A DNA stretch of 32,000 nucleotides from Candidatus Saccharimonadota bacterium (GCA_965231145.1 OZ246420.1:660001-692000); one strand, 5' to 3'; positions 1 to 9,838 are shown, counted from the stretch's first letter. Notes: a model not told the origin generated them from the letters alone. Numbers and translations: made by a program.

Positions 1-144
1 TTTCCACTTCCCGATCAGCACCCCCAACTTTTCAAAAAGTAATGGATCAGTAATGATCCACTTACCGTACATATTGATGAGTACGGTAGAATGACCTGCC
101 AGCGCGAAACTTATATGATTATCATTCCAATTATATTTATGCAT
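1..144 (-). CDS. MBL-fold metallo-hydrolase, N-terminal fragment (gene runs off the left edge)
   Basis: ATG at 144..142. Translation is MHKYNWNDNHISFALAGHSTVLINMYGKWIITDPLLFEKLGVLIGKWK. The GHSTVLI..G..IITDP block resembles the N-terminus of NAPE-PLD-like MBL hydrolases. Only 48 codons are visible. Confidence 0.45.
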   Translation of the reverse strand, partial: MHKYNWNDNHISFALAGHSTVLINMYGKWIITDPLLFEKLGVLIGKWK

Positions 145-270
145 GCATTTGCTCGTGTAATAAATTATGTAATATAATAAGACACCTTTAGTGGATATTA
201 ATTTGGTATCTTATTGCTATATAAAATTTTACATAAAAAAAAATAACCTTCAGGTTACTTTGTTTTCAAT

Positions 271-342
271 CGGTCCCACGGGGAATTGAACCCCGATTGA
301 CGGATTGAAAATCCGCTGTCCTAACCATTAGACGATGAGACC
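271..342 (-). tRNA. tRNA-Glu(UUC)
   Basis: Cloverleaf on the minus strand. Acceptor GGTCTCA/TGGGACC plus G73, anticodon loop TTTTCAA, T-loop GGTTCAATTCC. No encoded CCA. Confidence 0.9.
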
Positions 343-343
343 A

Positions 344-420
344 TGGCGGAATCGACGGGGCTCGAACCCGCGACCTCCCGCGTGACAGGCGGGCGTTCTA
401 GCCAGCTGAACTACGACTCC
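344..420 (-). tRNA. tRNA-Asp(GUC)
   Basis: Acceptor GGAGTCG/CGATTCC, anticodon loop CTGTCAC, T-loop GGTTCGAGCC. CCA is encoded. Confidence 0.9.
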
Positions 421-461
421 ACAAAGGCTAATTATCTGTATATCTTGCATTTTTAGTAGAA

Positions 462-536
462 TGGAGCCGGTTGCTGGACTTGAACCTGCGACCCACTGCT
501 TACAAGGCAGTTGCTCTACCACTGAGCTAAACCGGC
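462..536 (-). tRNA. tRNA-Thr(UGU)
   Basis: Acceptor GCCGGTT/AACCGGC, anticodon loop CTTGTAA, CCA encoded. One mismatch in the T stem. Confidence 0.85.
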
Positions 537-543
537 ATAATAA

Positions 544-620
544 TGGTGGACGATACTGGACTTGAACCAGTAACCCCCTGCTTGTAAGGCAGATGCTCTC
601 GCCAATTGAGCTAATCGTCC
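544..620 (-). tRNA. tRNA-Val(UAC)
   Basis: Acceptor GGACGAT/ATCGTCC, anticodon loop CTTACAA, T arm ACTGG-TTCAAGT-CCAGT. CCA is encoded. Confidence 0.9.
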
Positions 621-633
621 ATCAAGAGCAATA

Positions 634-900
634 TTACTTGCTCGAAGATTTATTAATCATTTTTGTCAGTCTTGATTTTTTTCTTGCTGCATTGTTCTTG
701 TGAACTATATTATGCTTAGCAGCCTTATCAATAAGCTTGTATGCAGAAGTCAAAAGAGCTTGCTTGTCTCCTTCACCCTTTACTGCTGCTTTCTTGAGCG
801 ACTTGATAGCGTTCTTCATAGCAGTCTTGTGCTGGAGATTTACTTCTCTCAGTTTCTTTGATCTTCTGTCGGCCTTCTTAGCAGCCTGTTTAATTGGCAT
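634..900 (-). CDS. rpsT: 30S ribosomal protein S20
   Basis: 88 aa, basic. MPIKQAAKKADRRSKK...HKNNAARKKSRLTKMINK matches the S20 pattern (KSAxKRxxxxxxR...HKNxAARxKSxL). TAA stop, no internal TGA. Confidence 0.9.
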   Translation of the reverse strand: MPIKQAAKKADRRSKKLREVNLQHKTAMKNAIKSLKKAAVKGEGDKQALLTSAYKLIDKAAKHNIVHKNNAARKKSRLTKMINKSSSK

Positions 901-967
901 TTCAATATAATTAATAATAATAAATGTTCTCTATAATTGCTAATGCTTCATGGGTAATTTATTTCTC

Positions 968-1039
968 CTCCGGGGGTCGGGTTCGAACCGACGGCCAATT
1001 GGTTAACAGCCAACTGCTCTACCGCTGAGCTACCCCGGA
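968..1039 (-). tRNA. tRNA-Asn(GUU)
   Basis: Acceptor TCCGGGG/CCCCGGA plus G73, anticodon loop CTGTTAA, T-loop GGTTCGAACC. Confidence 0.9.
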
Positions 1040-1125
1040 ATAACCGAGCAAAACGTAAGGGAATTTATATATATCTACTTATGCATTTCAAGGTTTTATT
1101 TTGCATAAACGATATAGTTGTAGTC

Positions 1126-1206
1126 TACCAGGAACAGGACTTGAACCTGCACGCACGAAGCACTGCGTTCTAAGCGCAGCATGTCTACCAGTTCCATCAT
1201 CCTGGC
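1126..1206 (-). tRNA. tRNA-Leu(UAG)
   Basis: Class II tRNA with a long variable arm. Anticodon stem-loop CTGCG-CTTAGAA-CGCAG. G1-U72 wobble, A73. Confidence 0.85.
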
Positions 1207-1218
1207 ATGGATGTAATT

Positions 1219-1291
1219 CTCGGGGACTAGGGGTCGAACCTAGGACCTACAGATTCAGAGTCTGTCGCTCTACCAACTAAGCTATCCCCGA
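1219..1291 (-). tRNA. tRNA-Gln(CUG)
   Basis: Acceptor TCGGGGA/TCCCCGA with U1-A72 and G73 (Gln identity set). Anticodon stem-loop ACAGA-CTCTGAA-TCTGT. Confidence 0.8.
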
Positions 1292-1345
1292 ATAAACTTA
1301 ATTATATAATGTATGGTTAATGACCTCTCTTCATACTATTTTTAT

Positions 1346-1420
<75 letters not shown>

Positions 1421-1433
1421 TCTACATTGTTAT

Positions 1434-1461
1434 GATTTTGAATTTTGCTCTTTGCATTTTA
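1434..1461. repeat. Degenerate heptamer array (4 units)
   Basis: gattttg aattttg ctctttg catttta, between two tRNA genes. Confidence 0.6.
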
Positions 1462-1475
1462 AATTATTGAGCTCC

Positions 1476-1546
1476 CTGGGGAACTAGGATTCGAACCTAG
1501 ATAGACGGAGTCAAAGTCCGGAGTCCTACCATTAGACGATTCCCCA
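1476..1546 (-). tRNA. tRNA-Gln(UUG)
   Basis: Acceptor TGGGGAA/TTCCCCA plus G73. The body resembles the E. coli tRNA-Gln (TGGGG.ATCG.C.A..GGTA.GGC). Anticodon loop CTTTGAC. Confidence 0.85.
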
Positions 1547-1548
1547 AT

Positions 1549-1574
1549 AAAAAAAACCCACGTAGCGTGTGGGC
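1549..1574 (-). terminator. Rho-independent terminator after the ferredoxin gene
   Basis: The minus-strand RNA reads GCCCACACGCUACGUGGG followed by U8. Confidence 0.6.
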
Positions 1575-1639
1575 TTTGTATAGTGATTTGCTTGTCTATT
1601 TCAAGCTCAATATTAGATTTATCCGGCAAATCAAATAAC

Positions 1640-2044
1640 TTACATAAATTTCTGTAATATGATCTCATGTTTTTTTCCATCGGTAAAGCACTCATCCTTT
1701 ACACCTGCGATGCAACACAGTATCTGATCAGGATCCGTATCGATAAGTTGTACCGATATTTTTCCGATATCTATATCTTCCATACCCTGCTGCACTCTTG
1801 CTGCACAGGTGAAACATGCTCATGCCTGACATGAGACGGGTATCTCTACACCGGCATCCTCACCGTTTTCTACGATACTTCCTTTATCTTTTGCAGGAAA
1901 ATAGGAGATCACATCTCATTGATCATCTACTATTTTTATCATTACATTGCTTTCTGGTTCTTCAGGCAAAACTCCGTCTTGCGAAGGAACCAATGGGTCA
2001 TCTCCCATAGGTGGCTGTATATCTGTCATGCAGCCATTATACAT
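1640..2044 (-). CDS. 2Fe-2S (plant-type) ferredoxin
   Basis: Absent from the standard ORF track because of 2 in-frame TGA codons. With TGA=Gly it gives 134 aa containing VSCQAGACFTCAARV (C-x4-C-x2-C) and a later CC. The Gly of the cluster motif is the TGA at 1820..1822. TAA stop at 1640..1642. Confidence 0.8.
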
Positions 2045-2110
2045 ATTATCACGCACTTTTCAACAGACAAGCCTTCTACATAGAAACGCCCTACAATTGA
2101 ATTACATATT

Positions 2111-2139
2111 AATAAAAGGACGAGGCAATGCCTCGTCCC
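2111..2139 (-). terminator. Rho-independent terminator after the S41 peptidase gene
   Basis: 9-bp stem GGACGAGGC/GCCTCGTCC with a 3-nt loop, followed by UUUUAUU on the minus strand. Confidence 0.7.
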
Positions 2140-2151
2140 TACAATTCCGAT

Positions 2152-3438
2152 TTATTTAATCATTTTTACTATTTCGACTTTTGCTCTTTCTAACTGATTG
2201 TCTGTCTTGTTGTTCTGATAGCCCGTGACATCAAACGGTACATCTATATCAGGTATAAGTCCCGTACCATTCACATTTTCATCTTTTGGCGTATACCACT
2301 TTCCGATAGTATATTTAATAGCGGAACCGGAACCAAATTCAGTAATAGTCTGGATAGATCCTTTTCCATATGTCTTTATTCCTATGATCTTTGCTCCCTG
2401 TATTTCCTGCAGCGCAGCTGCAATAATTTCACCAGCCGACGCAGTCAAGCTATCCACAAGAACTACGGTAGGCGTTGTGATAAACTCTGCAAATCCATCT
2501 GAATAATACACTTCATTGTATCCCGTGTCACGATATTTCGTTGTCGTCACGATCTGCCCTTTTGCAAGGAAATGCGATGCAACCTTTACTCCGATATCAA
2601 GAAACCCTCCGCCATTTCCTCTCAGATCAAGAATGAGTCAACTAATTCACTGTTGCTGCAGTTCTGTTACCACCTTCTTCATAGCATTTTCTGTCTGCTG
2701 TCCGATGATCGAGATATTTATGTAACCGATCTTTTTGTTTGCGACGGTAAAGACATTGCTCGTCACCGATGGGATGACAACCTTCTTTCTCACGATCTTC
2801 AACGTCAATACTCTTTTTGCCGGGTCTGTTTCTGACGGACGAATAACTGTTAGTTCGACCGTGGTATCTTTTGGCCCACGGATCTTCGATACAGCAACAT
2901 CGGTAGTCATATCGATTGTCTTTTCACCATTGATCTCAGCGATAAGATCAAGCGGACGAAGTCCGGCTTCAAATGATGGCGTTCCCTTATAAACTTCCTG
3001 CACCTCTATCGCATCATTTTTCTTGAGGACCGCTGCACCGATACCTTCAAAGTCCTGCTCACCTTTAAGTTCTTCAGTAAAATTGGTATTTTGTTCAACA
3101 TCCAAAAATGTCGTATAGGGATCGTTGAGAGAAGCTACCATGCCTTTCAATGCCCATTCGAGCATCTCGCCTGTCGATATTTTTTCCTGATCGTAATACT
3201 GATTTTTCAACAGTGAATATATTTTTTCAAACTGAGTGTAATCTAAAATTCACTCTCCTGCGGTAGAAGTTTCAGAGCCGTTGCTCCAATTATTTCGCCA
3301 GTTCTGGAGCGTCACCGTCGCAGTTTCCGGCAGCATAGCTGCCGGGCGGACCATTCCGCTGGCATATACCACAACCATAGATGCTGCTCATATAATAATT
3401 CCCAAGATTCATACTCATCGATAGTGTTTCTTTTCCAT
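2152..3438 (-). CDS. ctpA: S41 family C-terminal processing peptidase with N-terminal membrane anchor
   Basis: Track fragments 2152..2550 and 2647..3210, plus an upstream TM segment, join in one frame through at least 6 TGA codons (428 aa). Motif (TGA)LILDLRGNGGG. N-terminus MEKKHY.GVGILGIIIGAASMVVV. Confidence 0.85.
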
Positions 3439-3540
3439 GTTTTGTATACGTAAATAAATATATGATCATAGTAAGTATTATATTCTTATTCTCAATGAAA
3501 AACGCTCAATGCTTAATGTTATATTATGGTTAATTATCTT

Positions 3541-3753
3541 ACCCGCCGATTTTTCCGCGCCTCCTCTCGCTGAAAGTGAGTGAATAATTAATCGAAGAGG
3601 ATCGAACCGGAGTCGCTGTGAAAGTGCGCGATGGTGAGATTCTTTCGTAGTCAATATATGAATAATAAGTCAGTCCGTATGCACTAAAATCGGCTAGCCG
3701 TTTTTGCCTACTTTTTGAGGCAATGACCAAAAAGTAGGTCCCCCGGAAGGGAG
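3541..3753 (-). ncRNA. Unclassified structured-RNA-like element, copy A
   Basis: Shares a 22-nt identical core (3644..3665) and the block TCGCGCAC-n3-CACAGCGACTCC with copy B. A 10-bp hairpin pairs 3707..3716 with 3729..3738. A long-range helix pairs 3545..3553 with 3686..3694. Both helices differ from copy B by compensatory changes. Confidence 0.45.
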
Positions 3754-3773
3754 AAAAAAGAATATATGCTTAA

Positions 3774-4328
3774 TTACTCAATTCTCTGCAGATTATAAAA
3801 CTGCTGTAAAAAGCCATCAACATTTCGGATCCAATCATTGGCATTGAAATTATTGAGCTGCATGTGAGCAAAGAGCCGAAAGCCGGGATGTTGGACGTCA
3901 AGAAATGCCGTAGCAGGAAGCGAACCTGCGGCAAAAGGTATAATAATAAATGCGCCAGATGAAATTTTTGCTGCGCCAGATGAAAGAAGCGCCGTAGTAT
4001 TTCCACCATGCGTTCGCAATATGTTTCCATCTTTCATGTGCAATGTTGCGCCCGTTGTTCCATTTCATGTAAAATAGATAATATCTGTATGCCCGCTTGC
4101 AGCAGCGAGAGCACCTGTATATTTTGCGAAGTCGATCTGATATGCATCTGCAATATTTTGCACAGTCTGTGTCACATAGAGAATCTCTGCATTGAGTTTT
4201 TTCTCATTACCAAGCCTTGCAGTAATTTGTGTAATGCTCACATATGCTTTAAAAATGAGCGTGAACAAAATCCCCGCTATAACGATAGCGATAAGGATCT
4301 CTATTAACGTAAAGGCTTTTTTTCTCAT
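3774..4328 (-). CDS. type IV pilin-like protein (prepilin-type N-terminal methylation domain)
   Basis: N-terminus MRKKAFTLIEILIAIVIAGIL. The TGA at 4065..4067 fuses track ORFs 4065..4388 and 3774..4043, giving 184 aa. Confidence 0.75.
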
Positions 4329-4408
4329 ACTATAACTTAATTTTACATGTTGAAGGTTAAAGGAGCAATACAATATTATACTTAACATTTAACATTTCAA
4401 ATTGAGCA

Positions 4409-5032
4409 TTATTTTCTGATGGCTCCTATGAAGCTTTCAAGGGTCACTTCTCCTTTGATAGATCATTTCTGATAGAGAACATGTGAAACGACCTTCAGTA
4501 ACTTTGTCGTATCAAGCTTTACGCCCGACTGATAGACTGGTTCAAAGTGTATGTATCTTGCAAAAAATGATGGAGTTCATGCGTCGTGCATCAGCACACC
4601 GCCGTTGTAAAGACCTCATGTATAATTGAGCAATCTATTACCACTCCATGTGTCCATGAAAGTAGCACCAGTAGTCGTTGCAGCAATAAAGATCTTATGT
4701 GCCTTACTCATCGCAACGCGAAAACGAGCTCATTCAGTAAATGAACCTCCACAGACTTCCCCATTGTACAGCATACCGTTTTCTAAGGCAGCGATAGCGT
4801 CGGGCTTCAGAAATGCACATTGCCGATCGACTCCTCTTTCAAGATTGGTATCACGTATATTGAAAATCAAATCAATTCCCTCCTTCGCAAGCGACTGAGC
4901 CTGCGTTCTTACCTTCATCGTATCGATGATAGAAATATTTGTCGTAATCACTCTTATGACGGCTAAAATACCGACAGCAAAAACCATCAAGGCAATCAAT
5001 ACTTCGAGTAACGTCATTCAACGTTTGAACAT
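4409..5032 (-). CDS. type IV pilin-like protein
   Basis: Leader MFKR(TGA)MTLLEVLIALMVFAVGIL. The cleavage-site Gly at -1 is the TGA at 5018..5020. Four further in-frame TGA codons extend track ORF 4730..5017 to a TAA at 4409 (207 aa). Confidence 0.8.
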
Positions 5033-5114
5033 ATTTTCTTATATTTTATTAAAAGATACAGATACGAGATACAGATGCTTTTTGTATCAGTATCAGTCAA
5101 CAGTATCTTGTTTA

Positions 5115-6023
5115 TTAATGAATAGAATTAATCTTCGTTGCAATACCAAGTCCGTCCCACTGCGCCTGTTCCCAGAGATATTCCGGCAAAATAGTATTTA
5201 TCTCGTCAATCTGAGGATAAAGCACATGTACTTCTGTATCCACGAGTCCCGCATCCCAGAGCTTTGCTTTGACTATCGAAGGATAGTGAGTTCCATATCT
5301 TTGCTCCAACAAGAGGATAACGTTTTCGGTCTTAATAATACTTTCTTTCAACGCCTTACCTATTTGAAAATCATACTCATCGAGCGCAAAAAGGTCATAC
5401 GTCTTTCCCTCATTTTGCAGATGCTGGAGCGCATGGATCGTATTTACCAGTACCCCGCCAGGAGCAATAACTGTTCCCGCTACACCTTCAAATCCAAGAG
5501 TTCTCAGATCAGTGATACCTTTGTCTGATTTTACTTTCTTTTCAAACACAGTACTATTTGTCTCCCCGTGAGGAACCCTGACATATTTTTTCCCACCTTC
5601 TGAAAGTGTATGATCTAATGATGTTTTGTCATAGACTTCACATACAGACATATATGGCATAACCATCGCTACATCCATCATCTCTGGCTGGCTTTTTATC
5701 GCATACGATGCAACACCCGCGCCAAGAGTGACTATCGTCACATTTTTCTTCTCATCAAGCGATGAAATCCATGGAAGCAGATACATCGTGTTGATCGTTT
5801 TTACGATAAGCAATACGCGATCATGCTTTTCTGTGACTGCAGCCATTTTTCCTGATAGTCCAAAATCATAGCTTACATCCGCAAGGGTCATATGAGTATA
5901 TTTTCCTTTGCTTATGGAGATATCAGCTGGTTTTTCTTCCCAGACAATCACATCAAAAGGCAAGATATCATCATGCAAAAAAAATCCCTGTTCTATATGC
6001 GACACTAAGTGTACTATTTCCAT
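5115..6023 (-). CDS. hypothetical protein, weak resemblance to the transketolase/DXS C-terminal half
   Basis: Uninterrupted 302-aa ORF. Spacing of Gly-rich and hydrophobic blocks (TLGAGVASYA, VRVPHGE, IAPGGVL...LQNEGKTYDLFAL) recalls Transket_pyr plus the C-terminal domain, but the catalytic Glu motif was not found. Confidence 0.35.
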   Translation of the reverse strand: MEIVHLVSHIEQGFFLHDDILPFDVIVWEEKPADISISKGKYTHMTLADVSYDFGLSGKMAAVTEKHDRVLLIVKTINTMYLLPWISSLDEKKNVTIVTLGAGVASYAIKSQPEMMDVAMVMPYMSVCEVYDKTSLDHTLSEGGKKYVRVPHGETNSTVFEKKVKSDKGITDLRTLGFEGVAGTVIAPGGVLVNTIHALQHLQNEGKTYDLFALDEYDFQIGKALKESIIKTENVILLLEQRYGTHYPSIVKAKLWDAGLVDTEVHVLYPQIDEINTILPEYLWEQAQWDGLGIATKINSIH

Positions 6024-6120
6024 CGAATAAACTTACCGGCTAAAATAATTGTAAATGTTGAATTCTAAATTCTAAATATAATACGGTATCTATCTTTCAT
6101 TAACTCATAATTCATAATGC

Positions 6121-6678
6121 TTAACTCGTAACTGTTTTTAAGAACGTTTCTATCTTCGAGTGGAGCTCTTCCATCGTCCCATCATTGGTGATGATATAGT
6201 CAGCTCTTTCCAAACATCATTGCAAATTAATCACAGCAGGATCATCACTATGCATTTCCTTTTCTTCGTCCTCCACAAACTTCTCAAAGGTCACGTTGTC
6301 AGTACTACTTCATCTTTCTACAATTCTATGATATCTTATCTCTCTGGGAGCATCTATGCCCAAGAGAACTATATCCTTATTTTTACGAAGCGTTTCTATC
6401 TCACCCAATGTGCGAATAGACTCAATCACAGCAGACTTATCTTGTTTTTTTGCTTTTTCATAAAGTGTATGCAGGATATAATCTCCTCCATATTCTCTTC
6501 TCATCTTTTGAGCTACTTCATACATATTTTCTCTTGTATGAGGTTTTTCCTCTTTATCTAATTGCTCGATAATAAGAGATCTTGCTGAAAGATGCACAAA
6601 TCATCTTGTATGCACAAGATAGTTCACCACCTCTCACTTTCCCGCACCGATCGTGCCCGTGATACAAATGATTGACAT
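6121..6678 (-). CDS. P-loop NMP-kinase-like protein (dephospho-CoA kinase / dNMP kinase-like)
   Basis: Walker A ITGTIGAGK(TGA), with the TGA at 6634..6636. Four TGA codons join the frame into 185 aa. Also carries ESIRT.GE..L and the RIVER(TGA)SSTD block typical of this small kinase family. Confidence 0.6.
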
Positions 6679-6779
6679 GCTTCACATAGTATAATTATGG
6701 TGCTCAGATACAACAGAAATTTAGAGCAATATCCCCCCACTATAAAATTTTAAATCTCGCAAGAGATTTCACCTTGTTA

Positions 6780-7844
6780 TTACTCTTCTGGATTATCTGA
6801 TCTCAATCCTCCCTCTTGTTGTATAACTGTGCTCAAGAAATTATACTTCTCTCTCATGCTCTCCGATGTGATATATCTCGCTTCATTATCTTCTACCTCC
6901 TCAATATAGTCAGCTGCTTCTGCGAAAAGAGTAGAAAAGACATACTCTTCGTTCGTTTCATTTTCATCTATATCACCAGATCGCTCATCATACCTTGCTT
7001 CAATATTGCCTCTACAATAGAAAGCGAGTTCACATATTTTTTGCCACAGCCAGTAAGAATATGCATTTAAGGCTCCTAATCTATATTCTGGCATCAGATT
7101 GTCTTTGAGCCAATGTTCATATGTTTCAGACATATTTACTTCAACATCATCGATAATCTCGATCGCTTTTTTTAGTTCTGCTAGCGTGGTAGACTTCCAG
7201 AGCATAAGAGCTGCAAGCGTGTGAGCTTCCCATAGGGGGGTCTCGCTATCATCTACTAGCTGCATCAGGAAACTATCCTGATCTTCTTCATCAATTGGCG
7301 CACGAGAATAAACTAGTTGTTCTAACAACAATGGTGTGATATCTTGATGTTCGAGCACAAAATCCCTAAATGCCTCTGCAGTAGGAAATGCCCTTGTATA
7401 AGACTGTAAGACATATCTGTCTCATATTTCATATCCTACCGTTTCGAAATCATATTCTTCCTTACTTCTGCGCCATTTCTTCCCCTTCTTTACATATGAA
7501 CGACGCATGTTCTTATCTTTCATATCATGCACTATATTTTCTTCCATTTTTCTCATAAAATAGTCAGATCAAAGAAATAATGCCGCTAACTCCTTTTCTG
7601 TTTGCTGAGTTGCACGATGGCGAGACAAGATATTTTTTATTTCTTTAACTAATGGAGCGTGTAAAAGGGACTCTGCCTCATTAAAGCGTATAGGATGAGC
7701 ATTGAACACCAATGCACATGCTTCCTTGGTAAAGAAATTGACGTTATCGAGGCCTTTTTTCTCTATATCAGGAAACGAACCATAACTGGCTGGCAGCAAC
7801 TGTTCTTTCTCCTGCTTTGATTTCATATCTCCTCTTTTTCTCAT
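6780..7844 (-). CDS. hypothetical protein (354 aa, acidic C-terminal half)
   Basis: Track ORFs 7569..7844 and 6780..7358 lie in the same frame and are joined through the TGA codons at 7569..7571 and 7422..7424. No domain recognised. Confidence 0.55.
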
Positions 7845-7926
7845 ATGTCACTGTGTAATTAACCATTGACAAATAGCCTTTGACGACTATTATATTGCCA
7901 TCTGTTTACATTGCAATATCAATTAT

Positions 7927-8439
7927 ATGCTCGAAAAAGAACTTAAGATACTCAATATAGAACCTTTGAAACTAATACCACAACTTGAGGCACTTGGTGC
8001 TCGCAAGGTATTTGCTGGGGTGATCGCAGATCAGTATTATGATTTCCCAGAAAATGCCCTCAAGGAAAGAGGTTATTCTTTGAGAATAAGAACAATAGAT
8101 GGGACAACACATCAACTCTGTTTTAAAGAGAAGGTAAAAGATAAGAAGTTCAAAATAAGAAAGGAATACGAGATCGATCTCGTATCTCGCGCGCAGGGCG
8201 AGTATTTTATAAAAGGATTTGGTTTGTTTCCATGTTTTTTTAAGGAAAAAATGAGACTGAGTTATGAGCTTGACGAGATAAAATTTGATATTGATTGGTA
8301 TGATGGTATGAAACCAATGCTTGAGATAGAAGCGCCGAAGAAGAAAAATATCGCAAAGTGGATCAAGAAACTTGGACTCGAGCAACATGAAACATCGAAG
8401 AAAGGAGCAAGAAAACTCTTTACGCAGTTAGCGTCATAA
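7927..8439 (+). CDS. CYTH-domain protein (class IV adenylate cyclase / triphosphate tunnel metalloenzyme family)
   Basis: 170 aa. Opens with E.K; also LRIR...K.K...R.EYE...K.R..Y.LD....D.D...G...LEIE, the alternating charged beta-strand pattern of CYTH. Confidence 0.55.
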   Translation: MLEKELKILNIEPLKLIPQLEALGARKVFAGVIADQYYDFPENALKERGYSLRIRTIDGTTHQLCFKEKVKDKKFKIRKEYEIDLVSRAQGEYFIKGFGLFPCFFKEKMRLSYELDEIKFDIDWYDGMKPMLEIEAPKKKNIAKWIKKLGLEQHETSKKGARKLFTQLAS

Positions 8440-8445
8440 TTTCTT

Positions 8446-9597
8446 ATGAATAAAGCTTCGCTATCCGCAGATCATAATAGTATCAATAATCAATTATCTG
8501 CAGACACTCAGATTCAACATGCAATTGCATGCATTTTCAGTTCTGATAAAGCCCGCAATGAGGCTTTTTTCAAAAATAACGTATTGAAACTTCCGGAAGC
8601 GAAAGTTATTTTTTTAGAAAATGATTATGACAGACTTATTCCTTCTTTTGTCTGGGATAGTCATAGTCATCACAATGCAAGCGCTGGATATATTGAAAAA
8701 GATGGACTTTGGTGATTTATCGATCAAGATGGAAATGAGATAACCCCACCAAGATATACAGAGCGTCCTTTTTATCACATCACTGCAGATGTGCAAGACG
8801 CCGCTACGGGAAAATATGGTACTGTAGATATTAAGGGACAGACATACAATGAGTGTAAATATGAGTACATTACGAATAGTGACTATAATGTCGCTAAGTT
8901 AGATGGTAAGCGAGGTATTGTCGGTGCACATGATAAAGAGCTACTACCTTTTATCTACGATGATATTTACATAACCCAAGCACACGAAGAACATAAGGAT
9001 GAATTAGCAATTGCTCTCGTGAGAGAAGGAAATAATATCTATTGTATTGATGCGATAACGAAACAACCCATAGCAGTTCCTGAAAAGCGAAAGACGCATG
9101 AAAGGCAGTTTAAGTGAGCTGACAAGAAGTATGGCTTCATCAGTAAGCAAGGATATATTATACCTGCTGAGTTTGATGAACTTTATACATCTGCTAAAGA
9201 GAACAAATATCTTGTCTATCAAAACGATCTACGAAAAAGACTCACGTTAGATGCTATGGGAAATATGCATCTGGATATACTAGATGATGCTATGCAAGCG
9301 AGCTGTCATGAGCGTTATCATCATAAGCAAGAAAGCACAAGTAGTATCCTAGACGAGAAGAATGATTCCACAATAGAATGGTCTATGCCACAAGACCACG
9401 CCGCTGAACTGGAAAATTATAGATGAATAAAAACCGATGATAAGCGAAGCATTGTGAATGAAGGAACAAATGAAATAATATTGCCTGCAAAATTTGATGA
9501 GATCCATCTGCATTATGGCTCTCGCAAAGCATGGTGATGGATAAAACAATGGAATGCTCTTGTAGAAGTTTCATTACCCAAAAAAGCCATGCCATAG
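8446..9597 (+). CDS. WG-repeat protein
   Basis: Four in-frame TGA codons join 8446..8715, 8791..9117 and downstream sequence into 383 aa ending at TAG 9595..9597. Repeats: KDGLW(TGA)FIDQDGNEITPPRY, GK(CGA)GIVGAHDKELLPFIYDDI, KKYGFISKQGYIIPAEFDEL, DK(CGA)SIVNEGTNEIILPAKFDEI. Confidence 0.8.
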
Positions 9598-9629
9598 CGG
9601 CGGGCTTTTTTATTATATATTTTCTTTTA

Positions 9630-9838
9630 CTCCTGCCGGAGGGGCGTCACTTTTTGGCATATCCCTAAAAAGTAACCAAAAAGGTCTAGTCGGATATAGC
9701 ACTACGAGCCTGTGAGTTATTCATATATTGACTACGAAGTATTTCGCTGTCGCGCACATCACAGCGACTCCAGCTCAATACTACCATTCCTATCATCCCT
9801 CAAGACCGTAAAGAGGAGACGTGGGGTATATCCGACGA
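9630..9838 (+). ncRNA. Unclassified structured-RNA-like element, copy B
   Basis: Same architecture as copy A. 5' hairpin CTCC-TGCC-GGAG. Hairpin pairing 9646..9655 with 9667..9676. Long-range helix GTCGGATATA (9689..9698) with TATATCCGAC (9827..9836). Identical 22-mer at 9717..9738. Preceded by a TATATT box and followed by a terminator. Confidence 0.45.

Noticed and set aside
328-522. Track ORF of 64 aa on the minus strand.
   Set aside because: It lies entirely within the tRNA-Glu, tRNA-Asp and tRNA-Thr genes. It is an artefact of GC-rich tRNA sequence.
1459-1695. Track ORF of 78 aa on the minus strand.
   Set aside because: It reads through a terminator and tRNA-Gln. The real gene is the ferredoxin in another frame (1640..2044).
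3541-3753. The element as tmRNA, RNase P RNA, SRP RNA, 6S RNA, a hammerhead or a group II intron fragment.
   Set aside because: I found none of the hallmark motifs: GGAAAGUCC/ACAGAA for RNase P, a tRNA-like CCA end and tag ORF for tmRNA, the SRP GGAA/AGCA loop context, the CUGANGA...GAAA core for hammerhead, or a domain V hairpin for group II introns. Two copies would also be unusual for housekeeping RNAs. This is a memory-based comparison only.
4926-5528. Long plus-strand track ORFs antisense to minus-strand genes. Others are 12375..12944, 20030..20593, 30044..30682, 22450..22800 and 28251..28616.
   Set aside because: They overlap strongly supported genes (typA, sufB, the holin-like gene and others) and encode low-complexity, Cys/Phe/Leu-rich peptides typical of antisense frames in AT-rich DNA.
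3541-9838. The inverted copies A and B as terminal repeats of a composite transposon or invertible segment carrying the pilin-to-WG-repeat genes.
   Set aside because: There is no transposase, integrase or invertase inside or nearby. The copies are strongly diverged, and the differences preserve base pairing within each copy. That points to selection on RNA or DNA structure rather than recent transposition. Not fully excluded.
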